Shown: piece by piece, positions 40,892 to 48,960 of the stretch
How the letters are laid out: every line of letters starts with the position of its first letter
Position numbering within the stretch: position 1 is the first letter of the stretch
NCBI GenBank assembly: GCA_038851075.1
Contig: JAWCLG010000003.1
Coordinates: forward strand, 33,820 to 97,819
Source: Candidatus Hadarchaeales archaeon
Lineage (GTDB): Archaea > Hadarchaeota > Hadarchaeia > Hadarchaeales > Hadarchaeaceae
Direction of reading: 5' to 3'
Length of the DNA stretch: 64,000 bases
Notes under the pieces: generated by a model
Seen by the model: the letters and a program-made list of their open reading frames with translations, nothing else
What the model was told of the DNA's origin: nothing
The model's database searches: none
Translations under genes and position numbers: made by a program

Positions 40892-42049
40892 TTATATTGT
40901 TTTAACACATTCAAGAACTATTTTACCTGCGAGCTCCAAGGCATCTGCTGAGATCTTATCCGGCAGGTCTGTTTCCGTATGGATATAAGGATGAACCCAT
41001 CCGATTGAGTTCGGCCTTCCTATGATTTTACCGATAAACCTGCCCAACCTGTCACCCTTCTGCGGTACTCTTGTGAGGGTTGTGGATCTTACTCCATTTT
41101 TGAGCAGCGGAATGTGATCGTGGTTCGAAAACGCTGCCCAGATATAGGCCGGTGACTGTCCGTTCCTTCTTACGATTTCCTCGAGCAACACGTTGATCTT
41201 CTGATCGGTTTTAACCTGGCGGAAAACACCATTGCCCTCCACTACGGCGAATCTATCACCCGTACCAAGAGTATCGAGGTTCAGGACAACGTCTCCGTTC
41301 TGAATATGTCTCCTTTGGATACTTTTAGATCCCACCAGCCCCTGCTCCTCCGCTCCAAAGGCCACGAATCCCACCTCCCTATCCAGATTTTCCTCTCCAG
41401 AAAGTGCGCGCGCGCATTCAAGCATGACCGCCACACCGGAGGCGTTATCGTTTGCACCAGGAGCCCCTCTACCACTGATTCCGATAAGAGGGACTAAGAG
41501 TGAGAAGAGGACCACCGGTGCCAGCACGACCCATACTATCCACGGTATGTCGAGTGGGGAGAGAAGCCTGAGGATCAGAAGCGCTGAAATAAGGGCGAGC
41601 AGCGGAACAAACGTAAATTTACGGAAGAGAAGCAACTTCCTGTTTCTAATGCACGGAGCGGTATCATAATGAGCTGAAATTATCACTCTCTTTTTTGGCT
41701 CTGGTACTTTTTTGAAGGCGATTATATTCGCGCTCTCCGCGGCCGGAAGAACACTTTTCAGTGAAAAAACTGTTACTAGTGAAGCAATCCAGATCAACAG
41801 ACCGATGAGCGGTTGAAGAAGTAACGCAAAGATAAATGATGCCGACAGAATCAATCCGGATGCACTCAGTGTGCTGACACGCCCCGTGAATTCAAACCAC
41901 TGCACATCGACCTGCAACCCGCACTCCCTGAACTTCCTTACTATGTACTCCACTGCCAGTCTCTCCCCGCGCGTACCAGATACCCTTGGCCCTATCTCAT
42001 AGGCCAGCTTGTCTATATGCTCGAACGCGTTCTTTACCTCAAACTCCAT
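40892..42049 (-). CDS. M28-family metallopeptidase with hydrophobic hairpin insertions
   Basis: M28 metal-ligand motifs are present: ISAHYDTAP, GANDNASGVAVMLECARAL and FVAFGAEEQGLVGS. Two long hydrophobic stretches interrupt the domain (see finding). Confidence 0.75.
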   Translation of the reverse strand: MEFEVKNAFEHIDKLAYEIGPRVSGTRGERLAVEYIVRKFRECGLQVDVQWFEFTGRVSTLSASGLILSASFIFALLLQPLIGLLIWIASLVTVFSLKSVLPAAESANIIAFKKVPEPKKRVIISAHYDTAPCIRNRKLLLFRKFTFVPLLALISALLILRLLSPLDIPWIVWVVLAPVVLFSLLVPLIGISGRGAPGANDNASGVAVMLECARALSGEENLDREVGFVAFGAEEQGLVGSKSIQRRHIQNGDVVLNLDTLGTGDRFAVVEGNGVFRQVKTDQKINVLLEEIVRRNGQSPAYIWAAFSNHDHIPLLKNGVRSTTLTRVPQKGDRLGRFIGKIIGRPNSIGWVHPYIHTETDLPDKISADALELAGKIVLECVKTI

Positions 42050-42100
42050 GAAGATCGCTCCTTTCCTGAAAGTTAATAGTATGAACTCCTAATTTTCAAT

Positions 42101-42202
42101 TGCGGGGGTAGCCAAGCCAGGTCAACGGCGCCAGTCCCTATGGGCGAAACTCAAGATCTGGTCTCCTAGGAGTTCGGGGGTTCGAATCCCCTCCCCCGCA
42201 CC
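42101..42202 (+). tRNA. tRNA-Leu (anticodon CAA), class II, with a 14-nt intron (42134..42147) in the 5' strand of the anticodon stem (30/31); CCA encoded
   Basis: Fold: GCGGGGG TA GCC AAGCCAGGTCAAC GGC G CCAG[TCCCTATGGGCGAA]A CTCAAGA TCTGG TCTCCTAGGAGTT(C) GGGGG TTCGAAT CCCCT CCCCCGC A CCA. Removing the bracketed 14 nt restores the CCAGA/TCTGG stem. A BHB core was verified by hand. Confidence 0.8.
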
Positions 42203-42244
42203 ATTGGTTCATGGAAAAATCCGTAAATCTTGGGCATCCAAAAC

Positions 42245-44563
42245 TTAAATCGTCCACCTGACGTTGTCCACGTAGAAGGTCACTGAAGGCTTGACCACGG
42301 TTATGAGGAAAGGTCCAAATACCCTCGATAAATCCGCTGATCCAAATGTGGAACTCGGGATAACTATCTCCTGCCACGTGTTCGTATTGTCCCATCCTTG
42401 ATAACTCAGATAAGTCGTATATTTCCTGCCCCCAACATTTCCTATCGTCTGTATCTCTATCTTCAGGTCCTCCGGTGTCTTTACCCAGAACTTTAGATAG
42501 TTATAATCGGAGAAATCAACCGTGTAATCGGTGTTGTCACTGCGATAAAAGACTCCCCACCCTGCGTAGTTCACGTGTCGATTACCGTCCCAGTTAGCAC
42601 CGCTGGCCGTCTTGAAGCATTTTGTGCCCTCCGGAGGGGTCTCGCCCGCATAACTGTTGTCAAAAGACCCGGCAGGCCCACCCCAGTCAGCACCGCTCCA
42701 GACCCAGATAACCGAGCCGCTCGGGCAGACGATGGAATCGCTGTAAATTATCATGTCCTGAAAGATTCCTATTTTAAGCTTGAACTGAGCCGCGGCCGTC
42801 TTTCCATCAGATCCGGTCCCCACGATGTTTATGTAATGCGTTCCGAATTCGGCCCCTGGACCAGCGGTAATCGTGACACTCGTGGTAAACGGAGGCACGC
42901 CGAGACCGTTTTCAAATTCCACCGTCACACCTGAGGGAACATTTTCGGCTGACAGCGAAACTGTATTACTATAGCCACCGCTCGAGAACAATCTAAGTGT
43001 TAATCTGATGGTGCCTTCACCAGAGATGCTTCCGGAGCTCGGACTCGCCGACATGCTGAACTCAGATACCGCGCTGGCCGACCACGAATTCTTGAGAACA
43101 TAATACGCCTCTCTGGGTGTCTTTTCGTAGGTTCCGGTAGAGGTGCTAGTTATGCCCCACCACTCCTCGTTCATGTTATTTCTGCCGGCAACATGATCGT
43201 AGTAAGCCGCATTTGCCCATTGCCCGGTCTTGTCATGAACTCCGGAATTTCCTCCCTTCCACCACTCGTCGCACCACTCGAAAACCGTGCCACCCCAGCA
43301 TATTCCTCCCCCGGTGTGCAGCTCCGCCTCGATATCATTCCACATTGATATTATGTAACTGGCCTGAGAACTCTGATCCTCTTCCATATTTCGAATATCA
43401 AGCGCATCGCATCCCCACTCCGTCATTATAATCGGTTTGTTTGTTCTGGTTCTGTATTCCAAAAACAGTCCACCGAATGAAGAGCCTCTGTAGGAGTTAA
43501 TCCCCCAGGCATCGAGCGCTGACAGGGTGGCATCATCGGAACCTATCTCCGCGTTTCCAATATCGCCCATCCGATCGCCTTCTATTATTATAAACGGGTG
43601 ATTCGGGTCAATTGCCTTGGTGGCCAGCGCGGTCTCTCTGACCAAGGTGAACCATCCGCTCTTGTAAGGGGTGTTCATTGCAACCTCGTTACCGAAAGCC
43701 CACATGAGGACTGCAGGGTGATCCTTCCATTTGCTAACCATCGTTGTAAAAACCGTTTTAGCTGAATCCCTGCTTGACTGGTTTGAAAAGTTTATATTGT
43801 GATCGACCCAGTAGCCCATTATAACCTTCAGACCATTTCTGTAGGCCGCGTCCAGAGCCTCCTTGGTTGCATTTCTTGCGTCATAGGTCCTTATCGTGTT
43901 AGCACCCATCTCCCTTATCATGGGGAAATCTGACTCGTAAATCGCGGAGTTACTCCACCAGTTGTATCCTGCGCCCTGCCCGACAGGTGTGGGGGAGTAG
44001 CAGACGCCTTTAATCACAAATGGTTCTCCGTCCACAAGAATCTGGTAGCCGTTGATAGTCACCTCAGAACGCGGCATGTTCTCGACAAGCGTCACATCAT
44101 AAAAAGATTCCAGAACATCTCCGGTAAGCGAATAAACTATATCGACTCTCACCACAGTTCCGTTCTCGAACTGGGTCTGACGTCTAGCCGTCAACTTGGA
44201 GCCAGAGGTGAAAACGCCTGATCCTTCAGATACTGTGAGCTCATCTCCAGAGATACCAAAAGCGTTTCCAGAATTGTCGGTCAGCATTATCCTCAGTGAA
44301 CTTAGATTTACATTATCCCCTCCGGCGTGGAATATTTCAAGTACCACCTCCCCGGCAACTATAGCCGCACTTTCAAGCTCGATTTCCAGAGAAGGTGCTG
44401 AAACTGTAGTCACGTCTCTTCCCCGGTACGTGACCAAAAAAATGGCACCGATTACAACCGCTATGAGAACGGACCCAGCTGCAGCGGACTTCACTTTACC
44501 AGAAGGTCCGCCCTTTTTCAGTATAACGGTCTTACTTTGCTTTTTTCCAGCCAAAGCAACCAT
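42245..44563 (-). CDS. Signal-anchored clan GH-A (beta/alpha)8 glycosidase-like protein plus Ig/PKD-like domain plus C-terminal 'module A' beta-sandwich
   Basis: The N-terminal anchor is AAGSVLIAVVIGAIFLV. The catalytic-type motifs are FVIKGVCYSP...ANTIRTY, HPAVLMWAFGNEV (NE acid/base) and PIIMTEWGCDA (nucleophile Glu). The C-terminal ~160 aa are homologous to the C-termini of the 46241 and 49528 ORFs. Confidence 0.7.
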   Translation of the reverse strand: MVALAGKKQSKTVILKKGGPSGKVKSAAAGSVLIAVVIGAIFLVTYRGRDVTTVSAPSLEIELESAAIVAGEVVLEIFHAGGDNVNLSSLRIMLTDNSGNAFGISGDELTVSEGSGVFTSGSKLTARRQTQFENGTVVRVDIVYSLTGDVLESFYDVTLVENMPRSEVTINGYQILVDGEPFVIKGVCYSPTPVGQGAGYNWWSNSAIYESDFPMIREMGANTIRTYDARNATKEALDAAYRNGLKVIMGYWVDHNINFSNQSSRDSAKTVFTTMVSKWKDHPAVLMWAFGNEVAMNTPYKSGWFTLVRETALATKAIDPNHPFIIIEGDRMGDIGNAEIGSDDATLSALDAWGINSYRGSSFGGLFLEYRTRTNKPIIMTEWGCDALDIRNMEEDQSSQASYIISMWNDIEAELHTGGGICWGGTVFEWCDEWWKGGNSGVHDKTGQWANAAYYDHVAGRNNMNEEWWGITSTSTGTYEKTPREAYYVLKNSWSASAVSEFSMSASPSSGSISGEGTIRLTLRLFSSGGYSNTVSLSAENVPSGVTVEFENGLGVPPFTTSVTITAGPGAEFGTHYINIVGTGSDGKTAAAQFKLKIGIFQDMIIYSDSIVCPSGSVIWVWSGADWGGPAGSFDNSYAGETPPEGTKCFKTASGANWDGNRHVNYAGWGVFYRSDNTDYTVDFSDYNYLKFWVKTPEDLKIEIQTIGNVGGRKYTTYLSYQGWDNTNTWQEIVIPSSTFGSADLSRVFGPFLITVVKPSVTFYVDNVRWTI

Positions 44564-44617
44564 CTCCTAACTACCGCCGTGAACGCATTTATTGTTTTCC
44601 AATCTTAATGTACACTT

Positions 44618-46219
44618 TCATCTTCTGGTTTTGGCCCCAGGCCTGGCTCTACTGGCAGTTGATTTGAACAGTATCTTCTGCAGAACCCCTAAATACCACA
44701 GCAGCGCAAGAGCTGCAACTATCCCAACCGCCACCAGAACCGGCACGATGGGTGAAGGCCCACCTCTCAGCGAACCGGAAGTGGACAGCTCCTCAGACAC
44801 AATAACGTTAACTCCGTCTGAAGCCTCGAAATGATAGGAGTACGCACCAGGAGGAAGATCCACAGAAACCGCGTAGGTTTTTCCATCTGCATATCTTGTA
44901 TCTGACGGATTTTCCTCTGTCATATCGTAAGTAGAGCCATTCACTTGAACCCTTATGTACTCCGGCGCATCGTCATCAAGATCTGAATATGTGACGAGAA
45001 AAGTAAACGTGAGAGGGCCGCCCCTGTTATCCACTATCGCTCTGCCGTACCGGAGAACAGGACTGCTCGAAATTCCTCCCCACCTATCGCGGAGTTCACT
45101 GTACACCTTTCTCGGAACTATCACATCTGGACCCGAGCCGTTGTCCAATATCTTCATTATCCCCCACCACTCCTCGTTTAGAAATCCATCTGGACTGGAC
45201 GGGAAATCGTAACCTCCAGTATCGTGACTTGAAGAATTCCCGCACTTGTACCACTCGTCGGAATATGACATGAGCGATCCTCCGAACGTAATGCCTCTGT
45301 TATAATAATCCTGAATGCTGTCCCAGAGCGATGCATCGTAAAATGCCTGCGTATCCTCGTCCTCCTGACCGCTGATCTCGTCCCAGGCATCGATTCCGTA
45401 CTCGGAGACCCATACTGGCTTTGAGCTCTTTGACTGATATGCGCTGAAGACTCCTACGAAATCTGTGCCTCCCTGATAAACCGCAATGCCCCACGCGTCA
45501 AGGTAATCCATAGAAGCGTCATCGGAGCCAAGGGATGAATCACCTATCGTTGCCAGTTCCCCGTTCGATGTCGTGACCGGGTGATAATTGCTTCCCTCAA
45601 CCTCATATGCGGCTCTTGCCATCTCATTGAGCAGCGAATACCATGCCCTGAGGTTATCGTTGCCGTTCACCTGGAGATTTACCTCGTTGCCGATCGCCCA
45701 CATCAGTACCGCAGGGTGATCCTTATATCTGGACACGTAATCCCTGAACTCGCTTATGTAGTGTTCTCTGACGGTTGACGAGGATAAATCCAGGCTGGGG
45801 TTTATGGTGAATCCCATTATAACGTATATCGGGTGGTCTCCTTCATTATACGCCGCGTCCAGAAATTCTCTGCTGGTAACGTTGGTCCAAGTGCGAATTG
45901 TGTTGCACCCCATTACCCGAAGTGCCAGAAAATCCCTGTTGTAAATCTCAGGTTTGCCGTAAAAATCGAACGCCCATCCAGAACCTATCGGGATAGGGGA
46001 GTATCCAACTCCCTTCATGATAAAAGACTGCCCGTTCACCAGAAGCTGGTTCCCTGAGAACCTGACTGGACCGGTGCTCTGCGGCTTTGCTAAACCGTTA
46101 AGCGTCGGTGTCGAGGTGCCCACCTGTAGACCACATGCTAACTCAACACCGAATACGATAGCGAGGAAAATCCCCAATACTGCACCCAGAACTGCGATTT
46201 TTGACTTCATCGCAACCAT
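44618..46219 (-). CDS. Secreted clan GH-A glycosidase-like paralog with a C-terminal TM anchor
   Basis: It carries the same motif set as the upstream paralog: FIMKGVGYSP...CNTIRTW, HPAVLMWAIGNEV and KPVWVSEYGIDAW. It has an N-terminal signal peptide, a C-terminal beta-rich domain, then GGPSPIVPVLVAVGIVAALALLWYLGVL followed by a basic tail. Confidence 0.7.
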   Translation of the reverse strand: MVAMKSKIAVLGAVLGIFLAIVFGVELACGLQVGTSTPTLNGLAKPQSTGPVRFSGNQLLVNGQSFIMKGVGYSPIPIGSGWAFDFYGKPEIYNRDFLALRVMGCNTIRTWTNVTSREFLDAAYNEGDHPIYVIMGFTINPSLDLSSSTVREHYISEFRDYVSRYKDHPAVLMWAIGNEVNLQVNGNDNLRAWYSLLNEMARAAYEVEGSNYHPVTTSNGELATIGDSSLGSDDASMDYLDAWGIAVYQGGTDFVGVFSAYQSKSSKPVWVSEYGIDAWDEISGQEDEDTQAFYDASLWDSIQDYYNRGITFGGSLMSYSDEWYKCGNSSSHDTGGYDFPSSPDGFLNEEWWGIMKILDNGSGPDVIVPRKVYSELRDRWGGISSSPVLRYGRAIVDNRGGPLTFTFLVTYSDLDDDAPEYIRVQVNGSTYDMTEENPSDTRYADGKTYAVSVDLPPGAYSYHFEASDGVNVIVSEELSTSGSLRGGPSPIVPVLVAVGIVAALALLWYLGVLQKILFKSTASRARPGAKTRR

Positions 46220-46240
46220 CCGGGAGAATGAAATAAACTA

Positions 46241-47170
46241 CTAGCTCTTAACCCAATTAACCCAGTCAACATACCATTCAACATTAGGATTGCTGCCAGC
46301 CGTCGATATCATGAATGGACACCATATATACTGAAAGTCAACGTTCCTGAAGGCGCTCTTCGGGATAGTTATCTTCTCCCAGCCCCCGGTATTGGCCCAT
46401 CCATAGTTACCAATCCATACTTGGTTTGACTTTATACCTTTGTTGTCAGTAGTCAAATTCCAGCTCTGGAGCTCAACATGCAGATTCACGGGACTCTTTA
46501 CATAGAACTCTAAGGTGTCAACACCAGACAAGTCTATATAATGGGTTGCTGAGGGATCAATACCTCCTGGCATGCTGGAATTTGCCCCGACAAACACTCC
46601 CCATCCCGCGTACGCATTAGACTCCGGACCGTTTCGGGTGTACCAACAGGAAACTCCCTCAGGTATCCCGGAAACACCGGTATACTGCCCTTCAACATAA
46701 GGAGCGGTTAGACCGTACTCTCCCTCCTGTGGCCAAACAAATGCATCCACCTGAAGACCCAACTCCGGCAAAAGCCCGGCATCATTGAAAACCGCTATGT
46801 ACTCCCCAGCCGTACCGCCACCAACGGTTATGCTCCTTGAATAGGTATCACTCTGACCACCGCTAGATGTAACCGTCAATGTAACGGTATAGGTACCGGC
46901 AGAGAACTGGTGTGTTGGATTTCGGTCCGTGCTCGTGTTTCCGTCTCCAAAGTCCCATGACCATGAAACAATATCTCCGGTGGAAGTATCCGTGAACGCG
47001 ACATTCTGTCCAGCCTGCGGGTTAGAAGGGCTGTATGTGAAACTTGCATTCAGTCCACTTGGAGTACTTCCACCACCAGATGACAGAATCAAAGCAGCTG
47101 CGATAACTACAATTATAATTACCACGAGAATGATCACGACCGGAAGATTTAGCTTCCTTCCCCCACCCAT
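46241..47170 (-). CDS. Signal-anchored PKD-domain protein with C-terminal 'module A'
   Basis: The PKD signature is FTYSPSNPQAGQNVAFTDTSTGDIVSWSWDFGDGNTSTDRNPTHQFSAGTYTVTLTVT. The C-terminus carries AYAGWGVF...LEFYVKSP.NLHVELQ...GWEKITIPKSAF...WYVDWVNW. Confidence 0.65.
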   Translation of the reverse strand: MGGGRKLNLPVVIILVVIIIVVIAAALILSSGGGSTPSGLNASFTYSPSNPQAGQNVAFTDTSTGDIVSWSWDFGDGNTSTDRNPTHQFSAGTYTVTLTVTSSGGQSDTYSRSITVGGGTAGEYIAVFNDAGLLPELGLQVDAFVWPQEGEYGLTAPYVEGQYTGVSGIPEGVSCWYTRNGPESNAYAGWGVFVGANSSMPGGIDPSATHYIDLSGVDTLEFYVKSPVNLHVELQSWNLTTDNKGIKSNQVWIGNYGWANTGGWEKITIPKSAFRNVDFQYIWCPFMISTAGSNPNVEWYVDWVNWVKS

Positions 47171-47213
47171 CTCATCAGAGATAGTCCCACCTGTCTAATA
47201 GTAGGAAAACCGG

Positions 47214-47222
47214 TATTTAAAA
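47214..47222 (-). promoter_or_regulatory. Candidate TATA box of the 47170->42245 transcription unit
   Basis: The minus strand reads TTTTAAATA about 45 nt upstream of the ATG at 47170. An AGGTGGG Shine-Dalgarno-like element lies between them. Confidence 0.5.
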
Positions 47223-47230
47223 GCCTTTTG

Positions 47231-47253
47231 TCAATTTTTGGTCTGATTTTGAA
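47231..47253 (-). promoter_or_regulatory. Copy of the locus-specific YCAAAATNAG direct-repeat motif (candidate operator)
   Basis: The minus strand reads TTCAAAATCAGACCAAAAATTGA, versus GTCAAAATTAGCCCAAAATTAGG at 56246. It lies 9 bp upstream of the candidate TATA box. Confidence 0.55.
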
Positions 47254-47308
47254 AAATTGCAAAACAGGATATGCGTCTCATACCTCAGATTTGAAACATC
47301 AGTGCCAC

Positions 47309-48466
47309 TTACGGCTCATAAAAAATGTCGTCCAGATAAATCGTGGCTCCACCAGGATTGCTGGTGCTATTTGTAACCCAGCAGAACCCTCCGATAACGT
47401 TGCTAAGATCCTTCCCGCTGAGATTTATTGTGTACTGTCTCCAGTTATCAGAAAGCACTATCACGCCGGTTGAGACTGCAGGATAAATTGAATCACTATA
47501 TTCTTTTCCAGTTTCGCGTATTCCTCCGACCTTAAACTCCGCCTTCTCACCGCCGTTCTTCCCTCTTGCCCAGAATGTCAGCTTTGTCGTTCCAGTAAGA
47601 TCCTGACCGGCATAGTCTCCCCAGTTTCCTTCGGGATATTGCCAGTATATGCCAGACCATACTGAAGTTCCAGACGGGGTATATACTATCTTTATGCAGG
47701 TGTCGCCAGAGTGGGGATTATCTGTGGAAGAGGGGTCGTACTGTATATCCCCGATGACACCCATCCACCCAGAGGGTATGAACATGTCCTCCACAGAGTA
47801 AGTGGGTAACGAACTTATGGTGATCCTTTTGATTGCATTATCCATCAATCCGGAATTATCTATCACAGTGAGAACCACGCTGTAACTTCCAGGAGCACTG
47901 TAGGTGTGAGTGACCTCTCTGCCGGACCCGGTTGTACCATCTCCGAAATTCCAGCTGTAGCCAACGATAGATCCGTCCTCGTCATTGGAATTCTCTCCGC
48001 TGAAGAACACCTCCTCCCCCACCATTGCTGTGGAAGGTCCTGAAATTCTGGCCTCCGGTGGCTTTTCACTCGTACTTACGGTTATTCTGAAGGAAGATGT
48101 GACCTGACCACCTTTTCCATCCCTGACGGTAACCGTGATGTTGTATACTCCTGCTGACGGGGGAGTCCATACCAGTGTGTTTTCTGTATTCGAACTTATC
48201 TGCGGATCCTGCGAACAGCTCCACGTATAGGATAAGGTGTCCCCATCGAAATCTATCGCTTTCACTCCAATTGTAACTGGGGTCCCCGCCTGCGCTCTGT
48301 TATCCGGAGGAGCCTGCACCGACTGTATCTGCGGCGCTCTGTTCGTTGAAAATGTCGGGCCAAAAAAGGCAAGAACGATTCCTATTGAAACACCAATTAC
48401 GATACTCAAAACGACTAACAAAAGATAATTTCTCTGGTGTGGCATACTTTCCATATACTCCGTCAA
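47309..48466 (-). CDS. Signal-anchored protein with two PKD/Ig-like domains and C-terminal 'module B'
   Basis: The PKD signatures are YTWSCSQDP... and VGYSWNFGDGTTGSGREVTHTYSAPGSYSVVLTVID. The C-terminal SGWMG...GDTCIKIVY...WSGIYWQYPEGNWG...KLTFWARGKNGGEKAEFKVGG...GGFCWV...ATIYLDDIFYE is homologous to the GH26 protein C-terminus. Confidence 0.65.
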   Translation of the reverse strand: MTEYMESMPHQRNYLLLVVLSIVIGVSIGIVLAFFGPTFSTNRAPQIQSVQAPPDNRAQAGTPVTIGVKAIDFDGDTLSYTWSCSQDPQISSNTENTLVWTPPSAGVYNITVTVRDGKGGQVTSSFRITVSTSEKPPEARISGPSTAMVGEEVFFSGENSNDEDGSIVGYSWNFGDGTTGSGREVTHTYSAPGSYSVVLTVIDNSGLMDNAIKRITISSLPTYSVEDMFIPSGWMGVIGDIQYDPSSTDNPHSGDTCIKIVYTPSGTSVWSGIYWQYPEGNWGDYAGQDLTGTTKLTFWARGKNGGEKAEFKVGGIRETGKEYSDSIYPAVSTGVIVLSDNWRQYTINLSGKDLSNVIGGFCWVTNSTSNPGGATIYLDDIFYEP

Positions 48467-48960
48467 AACTTTTCACCACAGTTAAATTACTGAACTAAGT
48501 TTAAATATATTTTCAAAGATGTATGCAAAATTTTGGTCTCATACCACTGATGGGCTCTTGTCCTCAAGCAGAGCATTACTTCTCGGGCCCCCAACCAAAT
48601 GAAGAGGCTCGGCATGACCGCGGTACAGGCGCTCTTAAAAAACTAAACGGCATCGCTAGGTGATGCTGGCCAAACTCACAGCCGCGAACTCCCGCCTAAT
48701 TTTCTGCGGGACCCAAGGCGAAATTTATTTTTATGCACATTTGACTATTCTGGGGATTCAGATTAAGATAGAAGTCGCGAAAAAATCGTGGCTTACAAAT
48801 GATAAGATACGGCTGAAGTTGGTGTAAGAGTTTCAAGATTGAGGTAAAACTTCAACACCCTTTTAATTTGCACACTTCGGATTTTCTATTAGAACACCAA
48901 CAGCCGGACTCACATGTAAGTCAAATAAGGTAATAATAAAGAAAACAAAATATCTGGGGT

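Noticed and set aside
42101-42202. Reading the tRNA-Leu gene as an unspliced tRNA with the loop GTCCCTA (anticodon CCC, Gly)
   Set aside because: The required stem CGCCA/TGGGCG does not pair in register, the long variable arm is class II (Leu/Ser-type), and excising 14 nt gives a perfect Leu(CAA) cloverleaf with a BHB core.
42138-42395. 85-aa minus-strand ORF
   Set aside because: It overlaps tRNA-Leu and the 3' end of the GH-A gene, and is spurious.
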